Source: a virus (taxonomy: Duplodnaviria > Caudoviricetes). Taken from it: DNA of 31,954 nucleotides. The notes below the pieces were generated by a model that was not told the DNA's origin, did not search any database, and worked only from the letters and a program-made list of their open reading frames with translations. A program made the translations under genes and the position numbers. The stretch's first letter is position 1; each line of letters starts with the position of its first letter. Location: positions 1 through 31,954 of IMG/VR virus record IMGVR_UViG_3300032221_000024, one strand, 5' to 3'. Below, in pieces: positions 19,801 through 27,447 of the stretch.

Positions 19801-20604
19801 AGTTCTAGGTTAAAACTAGATTTAATTAGCGGAAACTCTGCATTATCAATTGTATCAATACACAACGACCATAATTATATAGCCTCAGTAACTGGCAAAG
19901 ATTTGTATTTCCAACAAAGTTTTGGAGGGACTACAAATATGATTATTAAAAGCAGCGGCAACGTGGGGATTGGGACAAGTTCGCCGAGTGGTAAATTGCA
20001 TTTGTCTAGTACTGGTGATACTTATTTAGTAATGACAGGTGGGGCTAGTCCAAGAACATACTCTTGGCTAGTCGATGCAACTAATTTAAGATTGTTTAGT
20101 GGAGTTGGAGATACTACATTACTTACCATAGCCTCTACAGGCGCGGCTACCTTTTCAAGTAGTGTGACGGCTGCAACAGATGTAACATTAAACAATGGAA
20201 CCTTATTTGTATCGGCAGGAAGTGGAACAAGTTATTCTGGTAGACTTTCAACCGCTTACATTTTTCCATACATAACCACATACTTAGATAGTTTTGCTGG
20301 TTCTGGATGGGAAGGGCGTTTGCAATTTAGAACAAATAGTGCTGGTGGGGCAATGAATACCCAAATGACTATTCTAAACAACGGCAACGTGCTGATTGGA
20401 ACGACAACGGACGCTGGCGATAAACTTAGAGTAAATGGCAATACCTTTACCAATACAATTATGACTTGGAACCCCGAAAACGACAATAGGTCTGGAGTTG
20501 CTTGGCGACTAGGTGCTGCAAGTATTGGCGCCGTTACACCAAACAGAAGATTGCGAGTAAATGTTGGCGGAGTTGAATATTACATAGGAGCAATAGAAGT
20601 ATAA
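16852..20604 (+). CDS. Tail fibre / receptor-binding protein, modular
   Basis: 1250 aa, G/T/S-rich; LxDLNDV...NGQxLxY..KWEN twice; several GNVGIGT/GNLLVGT repeats. Confidence 0.85.
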   Translation: MANRRFIDFPIATTVGDSDIILIWQSGVNKQTTKATFLSGLPENLDELNDVAISGLTNGQILRYDSVTGKWENTDQGNLDLNDLNDVSIVSPSNGQVLVYNSSTSKWENSSGGFVPYTGAVTTVNLGAQTIQAGQFVKAGGTSSQFLKADGSIDSTAYGTGSVTSVGLTMPSAFNVANSPVTTAGTLAVTGAGTVAQYIRGDGSLADFPESSGGGSSVSYYLNGSVNQGTIGGVAYRELSKVPILGAGTDFTINSDGYIASFLTDAGDPNLLEIPGGNWNFETYFSASSGGGSPTFYVELYKVNSGGTATLIASSSSAPELIAFGTNITAYFSSLAVPTTTLALTDRLAVRYYVTHSGRTITMHTENNHLCQIITTFTTGLTALNGLTAQVQNFATGTTGTDFNIASATATHTFNLPTASATNRGALSSADWTTFNNKQNALTNPVTGTGAAGRVAYWNGSGTITSDSLFQWNDFSKRLGIGRTPTVSLDVEGAGFFSGTVTASSIIKSGGTSSQYLMADGSVSTLTNPVTGTGTTNYLPKFTGASTIGNSQVFDNGTGVGIGINSPSNKLDVLGSAASPNLVGTNAYARFYQSGGYANVTIGALASGSFAGWIQTSDGVGTALPLSLQPSGGNLLVGTTTDNGARLQVSGTSTFSDIATFNNGTNSTNGIKVVSTLSSSLFTGGIEFIRTTVAGGSKVQPLRDAAIGGVGLNFLVTANNTAEVNATYTSAMTILNNGNVGIGTASPIERLHVETSNEYQITWARTGAGKRWAIGTDTAGFYFNNRTDSVLPLYITNGGNVGIGTASPGQLLHLYTNLATSSGVGTALQITSDGAGGDNAWIGVNKGTGNGLEFSVENRDIIFNTSATTPFGGSERMRITSGGNLLVGTTTDNGARLQVSGTLTASSTTLTASANTYAGGSLKLTSFTGGTNIFLTSVSGLFALSNGGGADHLLIASTGAATFSSNQNATSTYTIQNTDTTNTSSRLKLDLISGNSALSIVSIHNDHNYIASVTGKDLYFQQSFGGTTNMIIKSSGNVGIGTSSPSGKLHLSSTGDTYLVMTGGASPRTYSWLVDATNLRLFSGVGDTTLLTIASTGAATFSSSVTAATDVTLNNGTLFVSAGSGTSYSGRLSTAYIFPYITTYLDSFAGSGWEGRLQFRTNSAGGAMNTQMTILNNGNVLIGTTTDAGDKLRVNGNTFTNTIMTWNPENDNRSGVAWRLGAASIGAVTPNRRLRVNVGGVEYYIGAIEV
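18748..19553 (+). repeat. 56-bp direct repeat (18748-18803 and 19498-19553, one mismatch) in tail fibre gene
   Basis: GGCAACCTCCTAGTCGGCACAACCACAGACAACGGAGC(G/A)AGGTTGCAGGTTAGTGG. Confidence 0.9.
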
Positions 20605-20623
20605 ACTAAAAAAAAATAAAAAA

Positions 20624-20905
20624 ATGAAATCAATTGAACCAGTAACCGCGTGGAAAAATGGCGAGCAATTAGAGGCTAATTTGCTAAATGCCTACATTAT
20701 TAACGACAACCTTGCAACGTCTTGCTCTTTCTACTATTCGCTAAATACTAGCGGAGACGGAACAGAGGCAATGCCTTTGGTATTGGGCCAAGTCGTTGCC
20801 GAGGGAAATTTAACAATGAGCGGCGAGGATTATATTGCTTGGGATAATTCAAACGAGCAAGCGTATCAGTATATTGCCGAAAAATTAAACCTAACCCTAA
20901 TTTAA
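20624..20905 (+). CDS. Hypothetical protein, probably tail-fibre associated
   Basis: Position after fibre; A-rich leader; YIAWD....AYQYIAEKLNLTL C-terminus. Confidence 0.6.
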   Translation: MKSIEPVTAWKNGEQLEANLLNAYIINDNLATSCSFYYSLNTSGDGTEAMPLVLGQVVAEGNLTMSGEDYIAWDNSNEQAYQYIAEKLNLTLI

Positions 20906-20909
20906 ATTT

Positions 20910-21197
20910 ATGATTGTCAACCTAGCAATTGCCTTAACTGACATCGAAGGCAAAGAAATTACCAACGAGAATGGCGACCAAATGTTTTTGAGCAAAATGG
21001 TCGGAAACGCTTTGTTTAGCGCTGAAGAAAAAGACGACCCGATTCGACTTTACGAGTTGGCTAAGAAAATTTACTATTCTGAGGGCGACATTGAACTAAG
21101 CAAAAGCGACGCCGATTTGATTAAGGAAAAGGTCAAGGCCAAAGGCTTTACTGTGCTTGTTTTGGGGCCGCTTTACGAGGCTTTAAAGGAAAAGTAA
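20910..21197 (+). CDS. Hypothetical protein, possible tail-fibre assembly protein
   Basis: Last gene before the terminator; small helical protein. Confidence 0.55.
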   Translation: MIVNLAIALTDIEGKEITNENGDQMFLSKMVGNALFSAEEKDDPIRLYELAKKIYYSEGDIELSKSDADLIKEKVKAKGFTVLVLGPLYEALKEK

Positions 21198-21222
21198 TGG
21201 TAAACCACCACCTTAAATTTAG

Positions 21223-21245
21223 AGGGCTAGAAATAGCCCTTTTTT
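21223..21245 (+). terminator. Intrinsic terminator ending the tail operon
   Basis: AGGGCTA-GAAA-TAGCCCT followed by T5. Confidence 0.88.
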
Positions 21246-21263
21246 ATTTGGTTTAAAATGCCT

Positions 21264-21271
21264 TATTTTTG
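21264..21271 (+). promoter_or_regulatory. Candidate -7 box for the lysis region
   Basis: TATTTTTG just after the terminator, upstream of ATG 21294. Confidence 0.45.
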
Positions 21272-21293
21272 ATAAACGAATTAATTAAATGCA

Positions 21294-21503
21294 ATGCACC
21301 ACATACCTCCTTTTGAACAAGTATTAGGCTTAGGCATAATTGGCACGCTTGCCTCAATTATTGATATGAACGAAAGCCTTAAATTTCTTATTCTGCTTTT
21401 AACGTTTGTCGGTTTGGTTGTGAAGTTGTGGGAACAAATCAAAAAAAGCGAATTTTTTCTAAAGGATATCCAAGGCATTTGGAAAAAAATATTTAAGAAG
21501 TAA
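21294..21503 (+). CDS. Holin-like membrane protein
   Basis: Two hydrophobic segments and a basic C-terminus; start of the lysis region. Confidence 0.55.
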   Translation: MHHIPPFEQVLGLGIIGTLASIIDMNESLKFLILLLTFVGLVVKLWEQIKKSEFFLKDIQGIWKKIFKK

Positions 21504-21625
21504 TGGCAAAAGCGGTAAGCGTACAAAAAGCGTCTTCATTCGGCAAGCGAAGACACGGCAAAGCAAAAAAATCCTATTCCAAAAGTGAGCAAAAGCCAAA
21601 GAAATATCGTGGACAAGGACGTTAA
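21503..21625 (+). CDS. Small basic protein (40 aa) ending KKYRGQGR, not in ORF track
   Basis: MAKAVSVQKASSFGKRRHGKAKKSYSKSEQKPKKYRGQGR; TAATG coupling. Confidence 0.7.
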   Translation: MAKAVSVQKASSFGKRRHGKAKKSYSKSEQKPKKYRGQGR

Positions 21626-21764
21626 AAGTAATCGAATCCGCTTGGGAATCTGGGCGGGTTTTTTAATTATAGTTGGAGGCGTTGCCGCTTTCTTTTTACC
21701 GGAGCATTCCGTTTCGGCTTTCTTTGACTTGCTAAAAACAATTATAACCAGCCTACTCTTATAA
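21609..21764 (+). CDS. Small membrane protein (51 aa, GTG start), holin/antiholin candidate, not in ORF track
   Basis: MDKDVKSNRIRLGIWAGFLIIVGGVAAFFLPEHSVSAFFDLLKTIITSLLL; TAATG coupling to next gene. Confidence 0.6.
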   Translation: MDKDVKSNRIRLGIWAGFLIIVGGVAAFFLPEHSVSAFFDLLKTIITSLLL

Positions 21765-22645
21765 TGGAGTTAACCAAAATAGCACGAAACGTGCATACAA
21801 TCGCCCTAACAAAGGACGAAAATCGATTGGCTTTACTTAGCGACGTTCACTGGGACAATCCAAAATGCGACCGCAAAATGCTAAAGGCTCATTTGGAATA
21901 TTGCAAAGAAAATCAAATACCGATATTTATAAACGGCGATTTCTTTTGTTTAATGCAAGGCAAGTACGACCCACGGCGAAACAAAAAAGATATTTTGCCA
22001 GAGCATAATAAGGCCAATTATATAGATGCGGTAATTGAAACCGCAGTTGAATGGTGGTCGCCTTACGCTCATTTATTAACCGTTATCGGATACGGAAACC
22101 ACGAAACGGCAATTATTAAAAACCTAGAGACTGATCCGCTCCAGCGCTTTGTCGATTTGCTCAATTACACGAACAAAACAAACGTGCAAACCGGAGGTTA
22201 TGGCGGTTGGTTATTGCTTAAATATTCAATCTGGGAAAATACCCATATGAGCAAAAATATTAAGTATTTCCACGGCTCAGGAGGTGGGGGTATTGTTACA
22301 AAGGGCGCGATTAATTTAACTCGTGCGCTCGAAATGTATGAAAATATGGACGTTTTTTTAATGGGCCATATTCACGAAAACGCAAGCCGTAACGACGTGC
22401 GCGAGACAATGGAATACAACCCAGGAAAGCGCGTTTACGAATACGTCCACAAACAAATTCACCTTGCAATTACTGGAAGTTATAAGGAGGAATACCAAGA
22501 CGGGGCCTTTGGCTGGCACGTTGAACGTGGTGCGCCCGTTAAACCAGTTGGCGGTCGAATACTAACGCTAAACGTAACTAGAGAACGCGGCCAAAATGGA
22601 CAGAGTTATGAGTTATTAATTGATAGTTGTAAATTTCCGTTATGA
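21764..22645 (+). CDS. Calcineurin-like metallophosphoesterase
   Basis: SDVHW, INGDFF, GNHE, FHG, MGHIH metal-binding motifs. Confidence 0.88.
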   Translation: MELTKIARNVHTIALTKDENRLALLSDVHWDNPKCDRKMLKAHLEYCKENQIPIFINGDFFCLMQGKYDPRRNKKDILPEHNKANYIDAVIETAVEWWSPYAHLLTVIGYGNHETAIIKNLETDPLQRFVDLLNYTNKTNVQTGGYGGWLLLKYSIWENTHMSKNIKYFHGSGGGGIVTKGAINLTRALEMYENMDVFLMGHIHENASRNDVRETMEYNPGKRVYEYVHKQIHLAITGSYKEEYQDGAFGWHVERGAPVKPVGGRILTLNVTRERGQNGQSYELLIDSCKFPL

Positions 22646-23019
22646 AACTTTCGACCAATTTCGACCTTAAAGAGTTTGCAAGCGCTGACGGAAAAGAGCC
22701 AAGCGCAGAAGTGTTAAAAAACCTTACTGAGTTGGCCAAGAATTTAGAAGTATTGCGAAGCCATTTAAAGGCGCCTATTCACGTTACTAGCGGTTACCGA
22801 TCTAAAGAGCATAACGCAAAGATTGGCGGCGCTTTAAAATCGTTTCACGTCTTGGGAATGGCGGCGGACATCCAAGTTAAAGGAATGAAGCCGGAACAAG
22901 TTGCAAAGGCAATTGAGTTGCTAATTGCTGACGGCAAAATGCTAGAGGGCGGAATTGGTATTTACAGAACGTGGACGCATTACGACGTTAGACGTACAAA
23001 AGCACGGTGGACAAAATGA
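22642..23019 (+). CDS. Peptidase M15 family endolysin
   Basis: VTSGYRS..HN, SFHVLGMAADI, WTHYDVR zinc ligands. Confidence 0.88.
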   Translation: MKLSTNFDLKEFASADGKEPSAEVLKNLTELAKNLEVLRSHLKAPIHVTSGYRSKEHNAKIGGALKSFHVLGMAADIQVKGMKPEQVAKAIELLIADGKMLEGGIGIYRTWTHYDVRRTKARWTK

Positions 23020-23237
23020 AAGCAAGTTTAGAATTTAATTTACCAGAGGAAAATTACGAATATTTGAACGCAACGAATGGCACTAAATACCGCTCTGTTT
23101 TGTGGGATTTGGATCAATGGATGCGGGCCAAGTTAAAGTTTGAGGAATTATCGGACGGCCAATACGACGCAATAAAGGAAACGCGGGACCAGTTGCGCGC
23201 CTTATTACAGAACGAAAATATAGACATTTACGAATGA
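23016..23237 (+). CDS. Hypothetical protein
   Basis: ATGA-coupled on both sides; MKASLEFNLPEE. Confidence 0.65.
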   Translation: MKASLEFNLPEENYEYLNATNGTKYRSVLWDLDQWMRAKLKFEELSDGQYDAIKETRDQLRALLQNENIDIYE

Positions 23238-23782
23238 GAGAGTTATTAGACAACGAGCGAATTAGGATTGCGACAATTTCGTTTTTAATTGGCGTTGTCT
23301 TGACTTTTGTAGTTTTCCCAAAACCAGAGTTTGAGACGGTTTACAAAACGAAAACTGAGCGATTAACCGATACTCTATACATCACGTCGATTGATACGGT
23401 TTACATTCCAAAAACTAAGATTAAAACGCAAGTTTTACGCGACACAGTGCTAATCGATTTTAAGCCACAAATAAGCCAGTTTAACGCGACTTTTCCTTTT
23501 GACTATGGAAGTACTAAGGTGAGCGGTGAAGTACTCGGAGAAGTGCTAAAAATGACCGCTACGAACGATTATAAATTACCGGTGGTAACTAATACGATAA
23601 CCGAGACAAAAACAGAGACAATTATACAAAAGCCTAAAGGTATTTATCTGGGGGGTGGGGTTAATTCTTTGTTGCAACCTAGCGCAAATGTTTCCTATTT
23701 GGACAACAAGTATTTATTTACTTACCAATTCCAGCCTTTGCAAGGCATTCACCAAATCGGCGTTTCTAAAAAGTTATTTTAG
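23234..23782 (+). CDS. Membrane-anchored protein, spanin-like candidate
   Basis: N-terminal TM helix, DT(L/V)Y repeats, beta-rich C-terminus ending in F; lysis-region position. Confidence 0.5.
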   Translation: MRELLDNERIRIATISFLIGVVLTFVVFPKPEFETVYKTKTERLTDTLYITSIDTVYIPKTKIKTQVLRDTVLIDFKPQISQFNATFPFDYGSTKVSGEVLGEVLKMTATNDYKLPVVTNTITETKTETIIQKPKGIYLGGGVNSLLQPSANVSYLDNKYLFTYQFQPLQGIHQIGVSKKLF

Positions 23783-23923
23783 GTTTGTTACCTTTTTAAA
23801 TAAATTTGTAACAATTGGCGACGATTCAAAGGTAAAAAACTGCAAAATTTACCCTCGTTAATCGGATTATTTCCGATAACGTTAAACATTTTTTACAAAA
23901 CGCGCCAAATTGTAAACTATGTT

Positions 23924-24238
23924 TTACAAATTTTTAACGCTTTTCCATTTATGAGTCCCGTCTAGTTCGTCGTAATTACGTTTTGAATTTTCAATTACTT
24001 TTAATAAAACAAGGTAACCGATTAGATCATTGACAACGTCTTCGTCGTCTTTTTCCAATGATCCGTTTTTAATCCGCTTTAACTTGTCATCTATCCGGAC
24101 AAATAGCGCTTGCTCTGGCGACAATTGACTAAACACGCCAAGCGGCTCGAGCGCTGAGTTGCCGTACTTTTGATTTTTGGCAATTAATAAATCTTTAATT
24201 TCGTCCAAAACCGACTTTACTTGTTCGCTGAATTGCAT
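23924..24238 (-). CDS. DUF1599 / nucleotide-modification-associated domain 1 protein
   Basis: KNQKYGNS...RIDDKLKRI...DLIGYLVL. Confidence 0.75.
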   Translation of the reverse strand: MQFSEQVKSVLDEIKDLLIAKNQKYGNSALEPLGVFSQLSPEQALFVRIDDKLKRIKNGSLEKDDEDVVNDLIGYLVLLKVIENSKRNYDELDGTHKWKSVKNL

Positions 24239-24322
24239 TACCCGTGTATTTTTAAAAACTCATTCCATCAAATTACAAGCAAGGCAAAGATTAGCGCCAG
24301 GCCAACGACGATAAACCAACTT

Positions 24323-24571
24323 TTAAATCTTTGCATAAACAGACTTAAATGAAGTAAACTTTTCGCCTTTTAAATATTGAGACGTTTTAAATTTGGATCG
24401 GCCTTTTTTTATCAGCAATCCATCGGTAAACAAAACGTAAAATTCGTTTTCAGCAAACACCTCGTTAAACTCTAAATATTCCCAATACCATTCCGCTGGC
24501 TTGCGATTTTCGTCAATTACCCGCACGGCATTGCCATAGTTAAACGGATTTAAAACCTGGTTTTCTTCCAT
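24323..24571 (-). CDS. Hypothetical protein
   Basis: ATG 24571 with A-rich leader; divergent from the early operon. Confidence 0.6.
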   Translation of the reverse strand: MEENQVLNPFNYGNAVRVIDENRKPAEWYWEYLEFNEVFAENEFYVLFTDGLLIKKGRSKFKTSQYLKGEKFTSFKSVYAKI

Positions 24572-24651
24572 TTTTATTTGCAAGTTATAATCAATTTAAA
24601 TGAGACTGCGACAAAACTTGTCGATTAGTTGAAAAAAAAGTAAACAATATT

Positions 24652-24681
24652 TTTGTTTTTAATTTAAACCTTTTATTTTTG
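24652..24681 (+). promoter_or_regulatory. Bacteroidota-type promoter for the early operon
   Basis: TTTG-N18-TATTTTTG. Confidence 0.7.
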
Positions 24682-24710
24682 GTCTAGTTATTCACTTAAA
24701 CACTAACCCA

Positions 24711-24977
24711 ATGAATTACGACGAGCAAAATTATTACGACCAAGAAGTACAATTTGAGTACGAAGGACGAACGTACTATTGGCAAGGCGACTACACAGTT
24801 ACCAACTGGGGAGACGACGAAAGCGAATGCGCGCCAGCATATGGCGAGGTCGAGGTATCTATTGACCACACGGCAAGCATTTCCTACAACGACGAAATAA
24901 CCGACGAAGTAATTGAGGTAAAGCCAAGGCCAAGTTTATTGGCAGAATTAGAAATTGAAATTGAACGAAACCTTTAA
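24711..24977 (+). CDS. Small acidic hypothetical protein
   Basis: 88 aa, about 23 D/E versus 4 K/R by hand count. Confidence 0.7.
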   Translation: MNYDEQNYYDQEVQFEYEGRTYYWQGDYTVTNWGDDESECAPAYGEVEVSIDHTASISYNDEITDEVIEVKPRPSLLAELEIEIERNL

Positions 24978-24989
24978 AACTAAACACCT

Positions 24990-25532
24990 ATGAAAGAATT
25001 AGTAAAAATCCAGGCGGAATTGAAAGCGCCTAAGAATCAATTTAACTCTTTTGGAAAGTATAAATACCGATCTTGCGAGGATATCCTAGAGGCCGTTAAA
25101 CCTTTGCTGCTAAAATACGAATGCACGCTAACACTACACGACGAAGTTAAAGAAGTCGGCGGCTTGGTATTTATCGAGGCAACGGCCAGCATTCAAAAAG
25201 ATTTAGAGGGCCGCACGGTTACTGCTCAGGCTGGAATTGATATTAACCGCAAAGGAATGGACGTAGGGCAGTCATTTGGAGCGTCCTCTAGTTACGCTCG
25301 AAAATATGCGCTTTCAGGCCTACTACTTATAGAGGATAGCCACTTGGACCCAGACGCAAGTAACGACCACACGCCAAAGCAACCGGTTAAAGTTGCGCCT
25401 ACAGAGGAGCAATTTGCTTACATTGTTCGCTATTTAAATGGAACGGACGCGCAACGCAAACAAGCGCTTGAGGCAATGGCCAAGTACAATTTTAACAGAG
25501 ATCAAAAGGACACTTTAGACGGCTTAATATAA
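24990..25532 (+). CDS. erf: ERF family single-strand annealing protein
   Basis: KAPKNQFNSFGKYKYRSCEDI; QSFGASSSYARKYAL...D.D. Confidence 0.9.
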   Translation: MKELVKIQAELKAPKNQFNSFGKYKYRSCEDILEAVKPLLLKYECTLTLHDEVKEVGGLVFIEATASIQKDLEGRTVTAQAGIDINRKGMDVGQSFGASSSYARKYALSGLLLIEDSHLDPDASNDHTPKQPVKVAPTEEQFAYIVRYLNGTDAQRKQALEAMAKYNFNRDQKDTLDGLI

Positions 25533-26017
25533 TGGCAAATTTATACGAAATAACAAGGGACGCGCTCGAATTAGCGTCCCTATTGGAAACTGAGGAACTA
25601 ACGCCAGAATTAGAGGCAGCGCTAGTAATTAATCAAGAGCAATTGCAAGCCAAGGCTGGAAATTATGCCAAGGTAATCGCCAACATCCAGAGCGATGCGG
25701 ACGCAATCGATAACGAAATAAAGCGTTTAAAAGCAATGAAAGAAAGCAAAGAGCGAGCGATTGACAGATTAAAAAGCGCGGTTAAAAACGCAATGCTGGT
25801 TAGCAATATCGAAAAAATAGAGTCGCCTTTATTTAAACTAAGCATTCGCAAAAGCGAGGCGGTGGAAGTTGACATTGTGGAGGCTTTGCCAGGTGCTTTT
25901 ATAAACGTTAAAAACGTCGTAACCGCTGACAAAGTAGCAATTAAAGAGGCTATTAAACGCGGCGAATACGTTACTGGCGCCAGACTAATCGAAAACTTTA
26001 ACCTCCAAATAAAATGA
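25532..26017 (+). CDS. Siphovirus Gp157 family protein
   Basis: LYEIT N-terminus, coiled coil IDNEIKRL, DKVAIKEAIKRGEYVTGARL. Confidence 0.85.
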   Translation: MANLYEITRDALELASLLETEELTPELEAALVINQEQLQAKAGNYAKVIANIQSDADAIDNEIKRLKAMKESKERAIDRLKSAVKNAMLVSNIEKIESPLFKLSIRKSEAVEVDIVEALPGAFINVKNVVTADKVAIKEAIKRGEYVTGARLIENFNLQIK

Positions 26018-26220
26018 AACAAACCGCAGTCGACTGGCTTTTTGAGCAACTATGGGAAAAGTCAAAAGATAAATTTGAGTGGAATAGTGTTTTAAAACAA
26101 GCCAAAGAATATGAAAAAAAACAAGTAAAACACGCTTTTGAGATTGGTTTTATTTGCAATTCTTTAGGATGGGATTTTATAAAAGTTTTTAACAAATATT
26201 TTAAACAAAACTACAAATGA
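26014..26220 (+). CDS. Hypothetical protein
   Basis: MKQTAVDWL...QAKEYEKKQ; ATGA coupling. Confidence 0.7.
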   Translation: MKQTAVDWLFEQLWEKSKDKFEWNSVLKQAKEYEKKQVKHAFEIGFICNSLGWDFIKVFNKYFKQNYK

Positions 26221-26354
26221 AATACTTAGGCAAAGAAATACAAAGACCAAACGACCTTGCGCCAAAAGGCGTTAGGTCAACTTATCAAACTGAAAAACTA
26301 ACTTTTAACGAAACATTTGAGCGTTTATGGCTGCTAAGAAATTTGAAAAAATAG
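26217..26354 (+). CDS. Small hypothetical protein (45 aa), not in ORF track
   Basis: ATGA-coupled; fills the gap to 26327. Confidence 0.5.
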   Translation: MKYLGKEIQRPNDLAPKGVRSTYQTEKLTFNETFERLWLLRNLKK

Positions 26355-26668
26355 GCGTTATGGTGCGCGACTTGTATCTTGACGGATACACTAAAACCAG
26401 TATTAGCCAAGCGCTAGGTTTAACAGTCAATCAAGTAGGCTATATACTTTACACTTTGCTAAAACTGCACGTTAAAGCGCCGCGAAAAATGAGCAGCACA
26501 AACCTTGTCGAGTCGATGCCTAAACACCTAGTTAACCGAGTAATTACTTTGGCATCGTGGGGATATAATAATAAAGAAATTGCCGAGGACACGCGCTTGC
26601 CTTATAACCGCGTTCACGTTCTGGTCAAAGAGGCAACTCATAAAGATTTAATAAAAAAATTAGTTTAA
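26327..26668 (+). CDS. Tandem helix-turn-helix protein
   Basis: LYLDGYTKTSISQALGLTVNQVGYIL and LASWGYNNKEIAEDTRLPYNRVHVLV. Confidence 0.7.
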   Translation: MAAKKFEKIGVMVRDLYLDGYTKTSISQALGLTVNQVGYILYTLLKLHVKAPRKMSSTNLVESMPKHLVNRVITLASWGYNNKEIAEDTRLPYNRVHVLVKEATHKDLIKKLV

Positions 26669-26672
26669 ATAT

Positions 26673-26702
26673 TTTGCTATTCTTATTTATTGTTTAGATT
26701 TG
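26673..26702 (+). promoter_or_regulatory. Bacteroidota-type promoter
   Basis: TTTG-N18-TAGATTTG. Confidence 0.7.
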
Positions 26703-26725
26703 CTAAACATTTAACCAAAACACCT

Positions 26726-26827
26726 ATGAAAAAAGCAATTAAGATTACCGGAAAAATCCTTTACACAATTCTAGCCTTTGCGCCAATATTTGCGCTTGGC
26801 TACTTACTAGGACTAAAACTACTTTAA
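26726..26827 (+). CDS. 33-aa single-TM peptide, not in ORF track
   Basis: MKKAIKITGKILYTILAFAPIFALGYLLGLKLL; leader AAACACCTATGAAA also precedes erf. Confidence 0.6.
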   Translation: MKKAIKITGKILYTILAFAPIFALGYLLGLKLL

Positions 26828-26831
26828 ACCT

Positions 26832-27122
26832 ATGGAAACTTTTAAAATTAAAACTATGCAAGTCGTTAACTCAGAATTTGAGTTACCGCAGTACTTTAAA
26901 GTTGGGGACCTTAATTTTATTAAGGTACTAAATGACCAAATGCATTTGCACGTTAGCAAACAAGACTGGGCCGCTGATCTTTACCCAGATATCAAGTTAA
27001 AGCCAAATAAAGTTTTATATTGGTTTGAGGCCTACACTTGGGAGGAAATAACAGAGGACGAATTTTTAACCGCTTACTTTGAGACAAAATATTTAATCGA
27101 AAAAACCGCTATAATCTTATGA
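26832..27122 (+). CDS. Hypothetical protein
   Basis: ORF in operon, ATGA-coupled downstream. Confidence 0.65.
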   Translation: METFKIKTMQVVNSEFELPQYFKVGDLNFIKVLNDQMHLHVSKQDWAADLYPDIKLKPNKVLYWFEAYTWEEITEDEFLTAYFETKYLIEKTAIIL

Positions 27123-27322
27123 AACCAGAAAGTCAAAACGCACTAATTAAAGGCTGGCTATTAAACGGCTATTCTATTACGCCAATGGAGGCGCTTAATA
27201 TGTTTGGTTGTTTCCGCTTATCCGCTCGCATTGCGTGCCTACGCGAGGAAGGTATGCCCGTGGTTACCGATATGGTAACTATTAACGACAAACGCGTTGC
27301 ACGTTATTATTTACAAAAATGA
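27119..27322 (+). CDS. Winged-helix DNA-binding protein
   Basis: ITPMEALNMFGCFRLSARIACLREEG...VARYYL. Confidence 0.75.
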   Translation: MKPESQNALIKGWLLNGYSITPMEALNMFGCFRLSARIACLREEGMPVVTDMVTINDKRVARYYLQK

Positions 27323-27447
27323 GAAGCAAGTATATTTTAAAGGTCAGCGCTGGTGAGTACCGCGCAGACTCTTTGTTTAAGTTAATTGTGGAGGTGCTAA
27401 GGCATCGTTTTTATCACCTAAAAAAGGACGGCAAATGGATGGATTAA
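27319..27447 (+). CDS. Small hypothetical protein (42 aa), not in ORF track
   Basis: MRSKYILKVSAGEYRADSLFKLIVEVLRHRFYHLKKDGKWMD; ATGA-coupled. Confidence 0.55.
   Translation: MRSKYILKVSAGEYRADSLFKLIVEVLRHRFYHLKKDGKWMD

Noticed and set aside
16852-20604. Diversity-generating retroelement or invertible shufflon in the tail fibre
   Set aside because: No reverse transcriptase or invertase gene; repeats are direct and in frame, and the single mismatch does not establish adenine-specific mutagenesis.
23655-23861. Nested o-spanin (Rz1-like) candidate
   Set aside because: MGLILCC is too short for a signal peptide and has no convincing lipobox.
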